DNA of 64,000 bases from an uncultured Planctomycetota bacterium (GTDB lineage: Bacteria > Planctomycetota > Planctomycetia > Isosphaerales > Isosphaeraceae), in NCBI GenBank assembly GCA_963737655.1, contig CAVTTN010000002.1:384001-448000 (forward strand), read 5' to 3'. Every line of letters starts with the position of its first letter. Within the stretch, counting starts at the first letter, position 1. The notes under the pieces were generated by a model that worked only from the letters and a program-made list of their open reading frames with translations, was not told where the DNA came from and searched no databases. The translations under genes were made by a program, and so were the position numbers. This document shows, in pieces, positions 54,701-64,000 of this stretch.

Positions 54701-56413
54701 GACCGTCGTCGACGTCCTGCCCCTGGGCGTCACGTTCGTCTCGGCCACGCCGACCCAGGGGAACGTCACCTTCGCCGCCGGCAAGGTCACCGCGAACCTC
54801 GGGACGATCACCAGCGGGGCGAGCGTCCCCCTGACCATCGTGATCACGCCCTCGACTTCCAGCCAGATCGTCAACACGGCCTCCGTGACGTCCGATCAGG
54901 TGGACGTGGACCCGGCGAACAACACGGTCCAGACGACCACGAACGTCAGCCCGGCCGACCTCGGCGTGGGCGTCGGCATCCTGCCCTCGACGGTCCTGGC
55001 CGGCAACCCGGTCACCTTCACCGTCTTCGCCACGAACAACGGGCCGAACGTCGCCACCAACTCCGTGGTCGCCAACCTCCTGCCGACCGGCTTCACGCTC
55101 GTCTCGGCGACCGCCACGCAGGGGACCGTGCTGACCGGCGGATCGGGAGTGGCCGTTCAGCTCGGCAGCCTCGCCCCGGGGGCTCGGCCACGCTGACGAT
55201 CGTGGCCGTGGCCACGAGCTCCGGGACGTTCACCGACAACGCCTCGATCTCGGCCGATCAGTTCGACCCGAATTCGACGAACAACGTCGCCTCCGGGACG
55301 GTCACCGTGACCAACGGGCCGGGCACCCTCCAGTTCTCCGCCCCGAGCTACACCTTCAGCGAGACGGCCCGGACGGCCCAGGTCACGATCGTCCGGGCCA
55401 GCGGGAACCTCGGCGCGGTGACGGTCAACTACGCCACGGCCGACGGCACGGGGGTGGCGGGGACCAACTACACGGCCGTCTCCGGGACGCTCACCTTCGC
55501 CGCCGGTCAGCTCTCGCAAACGATCAACGTGCCGATCCTCGACGACGGCGTGGTCAACGGCAACAAGACCGTGAACCTCGCCCTGAGCAGCCCGGGAGGC
55601 GGGGCCTCGCTCGGCTCGCCGTCCACGGCGACCTTGATCCTGACCGAAGGGGACTTCGACGTCACCGGCCCGCAGGTCACGAACGTCCAGCCGGTCGGCG
55701 CCGGGCGGCTCTCGGGGGTCACGATCACCTTCAGCGAGCCGCTGGACCCGGCCCGCGCCACCAACCCGGCCAACTTCGCGCTCTACGGGCCGACCAAGGC
55801 GGGCGGGCTCGCCCCTGTGGCGATCCTCCCGCCGACCTATGACGCCTCGACCAACACCGTGACCATCACCGCCGCCCAACCCCTGGCCCTGAACACCAAT
55901 TACCGGCTGGTCGTCAACGGGTCGAGCACCTCGGGCGTGGCCGACATCTACGACAACCTGCTCCAGGGCAGCGGCAGCAACGGCACCGACTTCGGCGCCT
56001 ACTTCGCCCGGGGCACGGCCCTTCGCTACACCGACCACGACGGCGACCACGTGAGCCTGAACCTCAAGGGGGCCGGCTACCTCGACCTGTACCGCCTGGA
56101 CAACGGCGAGGGGCAGACGCTCACCGTCGTCGGCGGGGGACGGGGCCGGAGCGTCCTGAGCGGGTCGGTCCGCAAGGGGGCCGCCGGCAGCGACGGGGTG
56201 ACGACGTTCGCCCAGATCCTCGGGGCCGGCTTCGGCCAGGTCAACTCGCGGTTGACCACCGGGCCGTTCTACGTCTCGACGGTCACCGCGCTGATCAAGA
56301 CGAAGTCCAAGGGCGCCTCGGCGGCGATCGCCCACGCGACGCCCGCCCATGCCGTGCCGAGCCTGTCGGCGAAGTTCTTCGCCCGGGCCGCGAAGCGGAC
56401 GGCCCACCGCTGA
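51778..56413 (+). CDS. Large secreted adhesin-like protein: beta-helix repeats, DUF11 repeats and Calx-beta (frameshifts near 54505 and 55187)
   Basis: VEALEARRLLA, repeated NVISGN/GN.IGTD, GNTSEFS, ADL.V...N.GP..A units, and V.YATADGT..AG.NY....GTLTF. Three ORFs read continuously. Confidence 0.82.
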
Positions 56414-56509
56414 TCCCCGATCGCCTCGAACCGCATCCCCACCCGGGGCGGAAGCGTCCCGGGCCGGGGCGCCTGCGCCCGAGGTCTCGACCCTGTCCCG
56501 GAGTCCCCG

Positions 56510-58984
56510 ATGTCACAGGATGGACGCCGCCCCCGACGGTTCCTCGCCTCGGTCGATCGCCTGGAAGACCGTCGCGTCTTGACCTCGCTGGTGGGACTCA
56601 CCCAAACCGGCGTCCTGGAACGGTTCGACTCGGCCCAGCCCGGGACGATCCTCGGCTCGGCCTCGATCACGAACCTCCAGTCCGGCGAGTCCATCCTGGC
56701 CCTGGCCACCCGGACGACGACCGGCCAGCTCTACGGCCTGGGCAGCTCCGGCCGGCTCTACGTCCTGAACCCGACCAGCGGGATGGCCCGGATGGTCGGC
56801 TCCGGCCCCCTGGCGGCCTCCCTGAGCGGCTCGGACTTCAACCTCACCTTCGACCCGGTCTCCGGCGCCCTGCGCCTGACCAGCAATTCCGGGCTCGACT
56901 TGAGGGTGGACCCGGACACCGCCGCCGTCACGATCGACGCCAACCTCGCCTATTCCCAGTCGGATTCCGGCGCGGGTTCGGCGCCGGCGATCGTCGGCGA
57001 GGCGTACTCGAACAACGTCGTCGGGGCCGCCACGACCACGCTCTACGGGATCGACGCGACTCGGGGCGTCCTGGTCCTCCAGGGGTCGCCCAACGGCGCC
57101 CCGGTCTCCCCGAATTCCGGGCAGCTCACCACCGTCGGGAACCTGGGCGCGGTCGCGACGGCCCCGGGCGGCCTGGTGATCGACGGCGCCCAGGGCCTCG
57201 CGGCCTTGATCCCCTCGGGATCGGGTTCCTCGACGCTCTACAGCGTGAACCTCGCCACCGGGGCGACCACGACCATCGGCAGCATCGGCGGGCCGACCCC
57301 CGTGATCGACATCGCCCTTTTGGCCCCGGGCCAGACCGTCTACGGCCTGACCTCCGCCAACTCGCTGATCGCCTTCGCCAGCAACACGCCCGACACCACC
57401 ATCCGCAACCAGGCGATCACCGGGATGCTGCCGGGCGAGGTGGCCCTGGGCATCGATTTCCGGCCCGCCACCGGCGGCCTCTACGCCGTGGGGAGCTCCG
57501 GGCGGCTCTACACGATCAACCCGACGACCGCCGTGGCCTCGATCGTCGGCGCCGGCGTCCCGTTCAGCCCCGCCCTTCAGGGCAACCGCGTCTCGATCGA
57601 CTTCGACCCCGCCACCGACCGCCTCCGCGTCGTCAGCGACATCGGCCAGGACCTGGTGATCAACCCCGACGACGGACTCGTCGAATCGAGCGATCCGCCC
57701 CTGACCTACGTGGCCGGAGACCCCAGCGCCGGGCTCGCCCCGGACGTCGTCGGCATCGCGTACACCGGCGCCGTCGGCTCGGCCGGCTCGACGATGTACG
57801 GGATCGACTCGGCCCGGGATAACCTCGTCCGCGAGACCGTCGACAACTCGGGGAACCTCGCGACCGTCGGCGCGATCGGCCAGGCCACGACGAACTTCAC
57901 CGGCTTCGACATCGCGTCCAACGGCCAGGCGTTCGCCTCGTTGACCCCGCCGGGCTCGCCGACCTCGCTGTTCACGACCATCAACCTCACCACCGGGGCG
58001 GCCACGCCGATCGGCGCGATCGCCGGAGGGGTGACTGTCGCGGACCTCGCCGTTGCGCCGTCGGGCCTCGCCCAGTTCGCTTCGCCCGCCTACTCGGTCA
58101 GCACGGCGTCGCCGTCGGTCACCCTGGTCGTCAACCGGGTGTCGGGATCGACGGGCACCTCCACGGTCGACTTCGCCACCAGCAACGGGTCGGCCCAGGC
58201 GGGCGTCGACTACTTCGCCACCTCGGGCGTCCTGACGTTCGGCCCCGGCGAGACGTCCAAGGCCATCTTCGTCACGCTGATCCCCGGCTCGGTCACCTCG
58301 GGGTCGCGGACGTTCAACGTGACGCTCACGCCGGTGCAGGGGGGGCTGGGCGTCGGCTCGATCGCCTCGGCCGTGGTGACCATCAACGCCCTGGCGCCGG
58401 CCTCGACCGGCACCCTCCGATCGGCCGATTTCCAGGGGCCGGCGCCCGCCGTGTCTTCGGTCCTCCTGAGCTTCTCCGGGCCCATCGACCCGAACCTGGC
58501 GTCCGACCCGTCGCGGTTCGCCGTCGAGGCCACGGCCCTGAAGTCCTCGACGGCGACGGCCGTCTCGATCGCCTCGGCGACCTATAGCGTGACGGCCCAT
58601 ACCGTCCTGCTGACGTTCACGTCGCCGATCGCGCTCGCCCCGCTCTCCGCGCTCCGGGTCTCGGCGACCGGGCTCGGCCCGAACGGGGCCAACGCGACCC
58701 TGGATTACACCCTCCTGCACGGCCGGACCGTCCGCTACCGAGACGCCGACGGCGACCGCGTGACCCTGAGCCTGACCGGGCGAAAGGCCTCGCTCGACGT
58801 GATCCGCCAGGCCAGCGGAGAGGCCCAGGGCGCCTGGGTGGACGGCCCCGGATGGGTCGTCACCGGCGGCGTGGCGGCGAGACGAGGCTCCAACCACAAG
58901 ACCTCGATCGCCCGCTTCACCACCAACGGTGCGCGGCTCAGGCTGCCCCGAAAAATCGTGATCGGGCAGACGTCTTCAAGTTAA
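56510..58984 (+). CDS. Secreted protein with two DUF4394 domains and Calx-beta
   Basis: LEDRRVLT, two repeats of D.RPATG.LY..GSSGRLY..NP, FDP..DRLR, and AGVDY..TSG.LTF.PGETSK. Confidence 0.85.
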   Translation: MSQDGRRPRRFLASVDRLEDRRVLTSLVGLTQTGVLERFDSAQPGTILGSASITNLQSGESILALATRTTTGQLYGLGSSGRLYVLNPTSGMARMVGSGPLAASLSGSDFNLTFDPVSGALRLTSNSGLDLRVDPDTAAVTIDANLAYSQSDSGAGSAPAIVGEAYSNNVVGAATTTLYGIDATRGVLVLQGSPNGAPVSPNSGQLTTVGNLGAVATAPGGLVIDGAQGLAALIPSGSGSSTLYSVNLATGATTTIGSIGGPTPVIDIALLAPGQTVYGLTSANSLIAFASNTPDTTIRNQAITGMLPGEVALGIDFRPATGGLYAVGSSGRLYTINPTTAVASIVGAGVPFSPALQGNRVSIDFDPATDRLRVVSDIGQDLVINPDDGLVESSDPPLTYVAGDPSAGLAPDVVGIAYTGAVGSAGSTMYGIDSARDNLVRETVDNSGNLATVGAIGQATTNFTGFDIASNGQAFASLTPPGSPTSLFTTINLTTGAATPIGAIAGGVTVADLAVAPSGLAQFASPAYSVSTASPSVTLVVNRVSGSTGTSTVDFATSNGSAQAGVDYFATSGVLTFGPGETSKAIFVTLIPGSVTSGSRTFNVTLTPVQGGLGVGSIASAVVTINALAPASTGTLRSADFQGPAPAVSSVLLSFSGPIDPNLASDPSRFAVEATALKSSTATAVSIASATYSVTAHTVLLTFTSPIALAPLSALRVSATGLGPNGANATLDYTLLHGRTVRYRDADGDRVTLSLTGRKASLDVIRQASGEAQGAWVDGPGWVVTGGVAARRGSNHKTSIARFTTNGARLRLPRKIVIGQTSSS

Positions 58985-58997
58985 CCGTCGGGGTCTC

Positions 58998-59134
58998 CTC
59001 TGTAGAAAACCCCGGTGATGGAAAGGAATCGAGTAGGTCCGACTTCAGTCGGGCCTACCAGTCTAGACAACGTTGTAGGCCCGACTGAAGTCGGACCTAC
59101 TCGATCGACCTCGTCGAACGGGTTTTCTACGGAG
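58998..59134. mobile_element. Family B REP-containing MITE (most intact copy)
   Basis: CTCTGTAGAAAACCC / GGGTTTTCTACGGAG ends, with GTAGGTCCGACTTCAGTCGGGCCTAC and its inverse. Confidence 0.82.
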
Positions 59135-59204
59135 CAGGCGGATTCCCTCTCCCCGGCCTCCGGGGAGAGGTTCCCTCGTTCCCGGACGATCACGAGGACG
59201 CCAT

Positions 59205-60320
59205 TCACTCCGGGTCCAGGGCCTGCAACTCCTCGGGGACGAACCGGCCATCGACCCGGATCGGCTGGCCGTCGAAGGCGATCGTCCCTCCTCCGCATTC
59301 GCTCCTCTGGATCTGCACGAGGTCCCAGTGGATCTTGGAGCGATTGCCGTTGTCGGCCTCGTCGTAGGCGTTGCCGGGGGTCAGGTGGAAGCTGCCGGCG
59401 ATCTTCTCGTCGAACAGGATGTCGCGCATCGGGTGCAAGATCCGGGGATTGCAGCCGATCGACCATTCCCCCACATATTTGGCCCCCTCGTCCGAATCGA
59501 AGATCGCCCGGAGCTTCGCCGGGTCGCCGGCCTCGCAGGTCGCCTCGACGATCTGGCCATCCCGGAATTCCAGGCCCACGCCGTCGAACGACGATCCCTG
59601 GTAGATCGTCGGCGTGTTGAACCGGACCCGCCCGTTCACCGAGTCGCGGACCGGGCAGGTGAAGACCTCGCCGTCGGGGATGTTCATCTGCCCCGCGCAG
59701 GGGACGACCGGGATGCCCTCGATCGAAAACCGCAGGTCGGTCCCCGGCCCGGTGATCGTGACCTCCCGGGCCGCCTCCATCCGTTCGACCAGGGGCCGGA
59801 GGGCTTTCGCCAGCTTCGGATAGTCGAGGTTGCAGACGTCGAAATAGAAATCCTCGAACGCCTCGGTGCTCATCCCGGCCTGCTGGGCCATGCTGGCCGA
59901 GGGCAGGCGGAGGACGCACCATTTCGTGTGCTTGACCCTCTGCTCGAAATGCACGGGCATCACGTACAGGCCGTTGTACAGCCCCAGTCGGTCCTGGGCG
60001 ACGTCGGCCATCTCGTTGATGTTCTTCGCGCCTCGGAGTCCGAGGTACGCCTGGACGTTCTTCATCCGCAGGAGGTCCGCCTCGGCCCAGAGTTTCATCT
60101 GGGGCTCGGTCGCGTGGCGGACCATCTCGCGGAGGAGCCGGGTCGATCGGGTCTCGATCAGCACATGAGCCCCCTTCCTCGCGGCCTTGCGGGCGAGGAG
60201 GCGGGGCAAGGTGTCGTCTTCCAGGTCGAAGCATTCGATCAGGAGCGTCTCGCCGGCCGAGAGCCGGGTCGAGTGATTCACGAGGATGTCGGCCAGGGCG
60301 TCCCAGCGAGGATCGGGCAT
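59205..60320 (-). CDS. M29 aminopeptidase
   Basis: NIPDGEVFT.P, GE..IG.N, LFDEKI.G..H...G.AY and S.IHWD motifs. Confidence 0.92.
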   Translation of the reverse strand: MPDPRWDALADILVNHSTRLSAGETLLIECFDLEDDTLPRLLARKAARKGAHVLIETRSTRLLREMVRHATEPQMKLWAEADLLRMKNVQAYLGLRGAKNINEMADVAQDRLGLYNGLYVMPVHFEQRVKHTKWCVLRLPSASMAQQAGMSTEAFEDFYFDVCNLDYPKLAKALRPLVERMEAAREVTITGPGTDLRFSIEGIPVVPCAGQMNIPDGEVFTCPVRDSVNGRVRFNTPTIYQGSSFDGVGLEFRDGQIVEATCEAGDPAKLRAIFDSDEGAKYVGEWSIGCNPRILHPMRDILFDEKIAGSFHLTPGNAYDEADNGNRSKIHWDLVQIQRSECGGGTIAFDGQPIRVDGRFVPEELQALDPE

Positions 60321-60477
60321 GAGCGGGGTCCGGGGATCGAGGGTCGAGCGTCATCGGCCCCTCAGTGTACGCCCGACCGCTCGTCCGGGCCATCTTCGGG
60401 GGATCATCCTCTCTCCTCCGCCCGCGATCCGATAAACTGTGAGGGTGGCGATCCCGGCTTCGAGGGGGATTCCGGTC

Positions 60478-61035
60478 ATGACTCGGAGGACTCAGGCAGC
60501 GATCGCCGTCGGGGCCGCGGTCCTCGTCGCGATCGGCGCGACCGCGTATTTCACGCTCCGCGACCGGCCCCAGACCGTCCACGTGAAGGCGGAATCGATC
60601 GCCGACGAGGACGGCCACTTCCACTGGCGGTGGACGTTCACCTCCAACGGCCGATGGGAGTCGTTCGGCCAGGGACTTCTGGGCGGGGAGAACGTCCTCG
60701 CCCTCGAACCGCCCGGCAAGTACGACTCGGGGCCGATCCGCTTCTTCAAGAGGGCGACGGGGAGCGGGGCGAACGTGTTCGTCTACGAGATCGAGGCGAA
60801 GGCCGGCGCGAACTCGACCGCCCCGGGCCGCGAGCCCGTCACGATCGACCTGAAGTTCCGCGGGAACAACGGAGGCGCGCCCTCGATGACCGGGAACCAC
60901 TCCACGCAGATCCCCGAGCGGACCTGGCGATCCCAGTTCCGGGCGATCCAGACCTCCGAGGCCACGTACAAGGTCCCCGCCACGATCCGATTAGGGGTCG
61001 TGGAAGGGACCACGGAGGTCATCGAGTTCCGCTAG
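60478..61035 (+). CDS. Membrane-anchored hypothetical protein
   Basis: N-terminal TM segment and GC3-biased frame. Confidence 0.6.
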   Translation: MTRRTQAAIAVGAAVLVAIGATAYFTLRDRPQTVHVKAESIADEDGHFHWRWTFTSNGRWESFGQGLLGGENVLALEPPGKYDSGPIRFFKRATGSGANVFVYEIEAKAGANSTAPGREPVTIDLKFRGNNGGAPSMTGNHSTQIPERTWRSQFRAIQTSEATYKVPATIRLGVVEGTTEVIEFR

Positions 61036-61083
61036 AGGGCCGAATCCCGGGGATTCCGTCGGGTGGGGTGCCTCGCTCGCGGA

Positions 61084-61449
61084 TCAAAGGTCGTCGATCT
61101 CGTCCAGCAATGTCCAGAATTCCGGGTTGATCCCCAGCCGGACGAGCCCCGGCATCGGCAGCGAGGGGACCGGCAGGTTCAACGGGTCGGCGACGCTCCC
61201 GAGGCCGCCCGACTGGCCGGGCCGGGTGGTGACGAAGTAGTAGGCCAGGCGGAAGTTCGTCCTTCGGGGGAGGTCGATCTTGCCGAAGCTGGGCAAGTCA
61301 TACGAGGAGAGTTCCAGGAAGAGCCCCGTCCCCGAGATGCCCAGGTTGAAGCTCACCTTGCGATGATGGGTCAAGGGGTCGCCCGAGGGCTTGCCGTCGC
61401 CCGCGCCCCCCACCATCGCGATCAGCAGGCATCCGATCCCGATCGTCAT
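61084..61449 (-). CDS. Small secreted hypothetical protein
   Basis: GGAGGA RBS and hydrophobic N-terminus MTIGIGCLLIAMV. Confidence 0.5.
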   Translation of the reverse strand: MTIGIGCLLIAMVGGAGDGKPSGDPLTHHRKVSFNLGISGTGLFLELSSYDLPSFGKIDLPRRTNFRLAYYFVTTRPGQSGGLGSVADPLNLPVPSLPMPGLVRLGINPEFWTLLDEIDDL

Positions 61450-61535
61450 CGATCCTCCTTCCGAGAACGAGGAAGGGCCGACCGCCGAGTGGACGGCGAT
61501 CGGCCCGGTTCGAACGTCGAGGCGCGTCGGTCCGT

Positions 61536-64000
61536 TTACTTCTTGCCGTTCGGGCTCCCGACCGGCGCCTTCATCACCCGGACGGTGATCTCCATCATCC
61601 CCCCGCCGGCGATCGGCACCTTGAGGGTGACCGGCTCGTCCTTCATGGCGTGGATGGCGAGCTCGCTGTCGAACTGGCACGCCCCCTTGGGATTCATCAC
61701 GCGGAGGCCCAGGGCCCCGAGAGGGTTCTCGGCCTCGAGGTCGCGGTCGTCATCGTCCTCGTCGCACTCGTCGTCGCAGTCCTCGCAGCAGGCGGGGGCC
61801 TTCACCGCGGAGGCCGCGGCCTTCGCCTCGGGCTGGGGTTCGTCGGAGGCGAACGCGGCCGGGCCGATCAGGCGATCGTGGAAGAACTTCTCGACGAGCC
61901 GGGCGCGGGCCTCGCCCGATTCGGTGGTCTTCGGCGACACCGACGTCACGAAAATCGGTCCGCCGTCGAGGATCGTGACGGTCTTCTCCTCGACCAGGGC
62001 GATCGCGGAGCGATACCGGGCGAGGTAATCGGCCTTCTGGATGCTCGCGGTCGCGCGGCGGTCCACGGCGTCGAGATAGCGGTCGATCGAGACCCGGCCC
62101 TGCTCGTAGAACGCCTTCATGGCGTCGAGCCGTTGCGTGGCGGCGTCCTCCAGGCGGCATGCGGTTCGATACGACTGGTGGAGGGCGTTCGCCTCGCGGG
62201 CCATCCGGCCGGGGTCCGAGAGGCCCTCTTCACCCGTGAGGTCCAGGTCCCGGCCCGTCGCGGAGAGATCGGGCGGAACGGCCACCTTCGGGTCGGTGGT
62301 GGTCAGCAGCTTCGGCCTGGGGCCGGAGGGCGTCTTGCCCATCATCCGGGACATCCTCGCCTCGATGAGGTCCCGTTTGACGATGGCGGTCGCGAGATCC
62401 TGGCGGGCCCGTTCCAGATACTCGGCGGCCCGGGCCACGTCGGCGGGGTTGCCGCCGCCGTCCTGGCACTTCGCCGCCTCCTGAGCCACGATGCATTCGG
62501 TCGTCAGGACGGCCGCCTCGCGGGCCTGGCAATCGGCCTGGGCGGAGCTCGAGAGCCCAGTACTGGAGATGGACGACTCGGGCCAGGGCGCAGACATCCG
62601 CCGCGACGTCGGCGCCGGGGCGGGCGGCGGCGGGGATCGAGATCGTCGGCAGGTCCGGCCCGCACGGGTCGGCGGCGGGCTCCCTCTCCAACAGCTTCGA
62701 CGTCGAATGGAACGGCTTGATGGCGCAGCCCTGCCCCGCGACAAATGGGAGCTGGAAATCCGGCGAGAAGTCGCCGGGATTCGACCCCTTCATCCCTTCG
62801 GGAGATTTGATCCGTGGCGGCGCCGAGGGCATCGAAGAAACGCGGATCGGCAGGATCACCGGATCGACGCCCGCGGGCAGGTTCGCGATCGGCGACTCGT
62901 GGATCACCAGCTCCTCGCACTCAATTTGAGTGCCCTGACCCTTCGAGTTCTGGGAGACGATGACTTCGCCCCGGGCCGAGATCCTCATCGGGCGGATGGC
63001 CCCCGGGGCCTTCGCCAGGGAGTCGGGCTTCGCCGATGGCTTCGCCGGCTCGGGCGAGTTCGACGAGGGCGAGGGCTTCGTCTGGGGCGTCCCGCGAGGC
63101 TCGTCGGTGCCGTCGGTGGAGGCGGGCTCGGGGTCTTCGGGCAGCGGGGGCAATTCGACGACCTTGCCGTCGGCGTCGATCGGCGTGGGCAGGGCGCGGG
63201 TCGGCGGCAGGGCCATCGGCATCGGGGTTTCCGTCGCCGGGGACTTCGAGATCATCACGCCCAGACGAAGCGACCCGACCATCGGCGGGACGCCCGGGAC
63301 GAGCACGACGGCGATCCGATTCTGAGGCGCCGAGGGCTTTTCCTGGGCCTGAACGTCCTGCTTCGAGACCGGCGGGACCGTGGGCGAGGCCATCGAGAGC
63401 AGCGCCGATCGGCCGATCGGCGACGGCGGGGCAAACTTCGCCGGGGGGACCGGCGGGGGCGGGAGCGTCGGCGGCGGGATCAGGGCCGCCGCCGTCTTCG
63501 CCGCGTTCCGCGAGGCCGCGAACGAGGCCTTCATCATCTCCGAATCGGCCGAAGACGCCCTCGGCTCGATCACGGCGAGCCGCTCGCGGACGACGGCCCG
63601 GCCCCGCGAATCGCTCTCGGTGAACGCGCCGAAGCTGACGATGAACACCTGGCCCTCGGGCAGAGTCCACTCCCCCTTGACCTCGCGGCAAGCGACCTCG
63701 GGGACCTGCATTTGCGCGGTGAGGTTCGTGGGCTTGCCCTCGCCCCGGGGAACGACGGTCTCCGTGGTCCCGACGGTGTGGAACGCGACGAACCGGCAGT
63801 CGCGGAGGTCCAGGTCGAGGACGACCGACTTGCCCTCGGGCCGGGCGACGATCTCGGCCTGGAAGCCGTCGCGGACCTGGTCCACCTCGGGCTGGAACGC
63901 CAGGGCCGACGCCTCGTTCACCGGGCCGTCGGCGACGCGGTGGACGTCGGCGACATAGTTCCTCTGGGTGCCGTCGCTCACGCGGACGACCGTGCCGGGC
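61536..64000 (-). CDS. Large hypothetical protein with a TolC-like helical segment (frameshift near 62552; starts beyond the window)
   Basis: 62230..63981 joins 61536..62744 at YWAL/SSAQ. Contains FYEQGRVSIDRYLDA and an acidic Cys-rich CCEDCDDEC. Confidence 0.55.

Noticed and set aside
5638..62600. Apparent mass pseudogenisation or programmed frameshifting (5703, 7097, 24303, 35425/35477, 42850, 43313, 54505, 55187, 62552)
   Set aside because: The indels are mostly in homopolymer or dinucleotide runs and the genes are otherwise intact, which is typical of long-read error.

Overview
High-GC bacterial chromosomal window, most likely a planctomycete (Isosphaeraceae-like, inferred from LExRxLL-type secreted proteins and Uma2, DUF1080 and DUF697 genes). 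It is mostly housekeeping: clpB 5' end, dnaK, rex, tRNA-Gln(TTG), leuCD, lipAB, accBC, citrate synthase, polA, exbBD, dedA, ilvD and peptidases, plus several large secreted proteins. About ten genes, including polA and leuD, carry 1-2 nt indels that look like long-read errors. Best leads: (1) two paralogous winged-helix-like proteins flanking a Uma2 nuclease between dnaK and clpB, behind a sigma54 promoter; (2) a PIN toxin-antitoxin module bracketed by a 156-bp duplication of the ilvD upstream region and 5' end; (3) GTAG-type REP doublets wrapped in IS-like terminal repeats, one family joined at the same nucleotide of another family, and REPs supplying stop codons; (4) an unlisted mini-toxin-like ORF with an internal TAG coupled to DUF4288; (5) a LipB lacking its catalytic Cys and Lys. 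All calls come from reading the sequence by eye; no searches were run.
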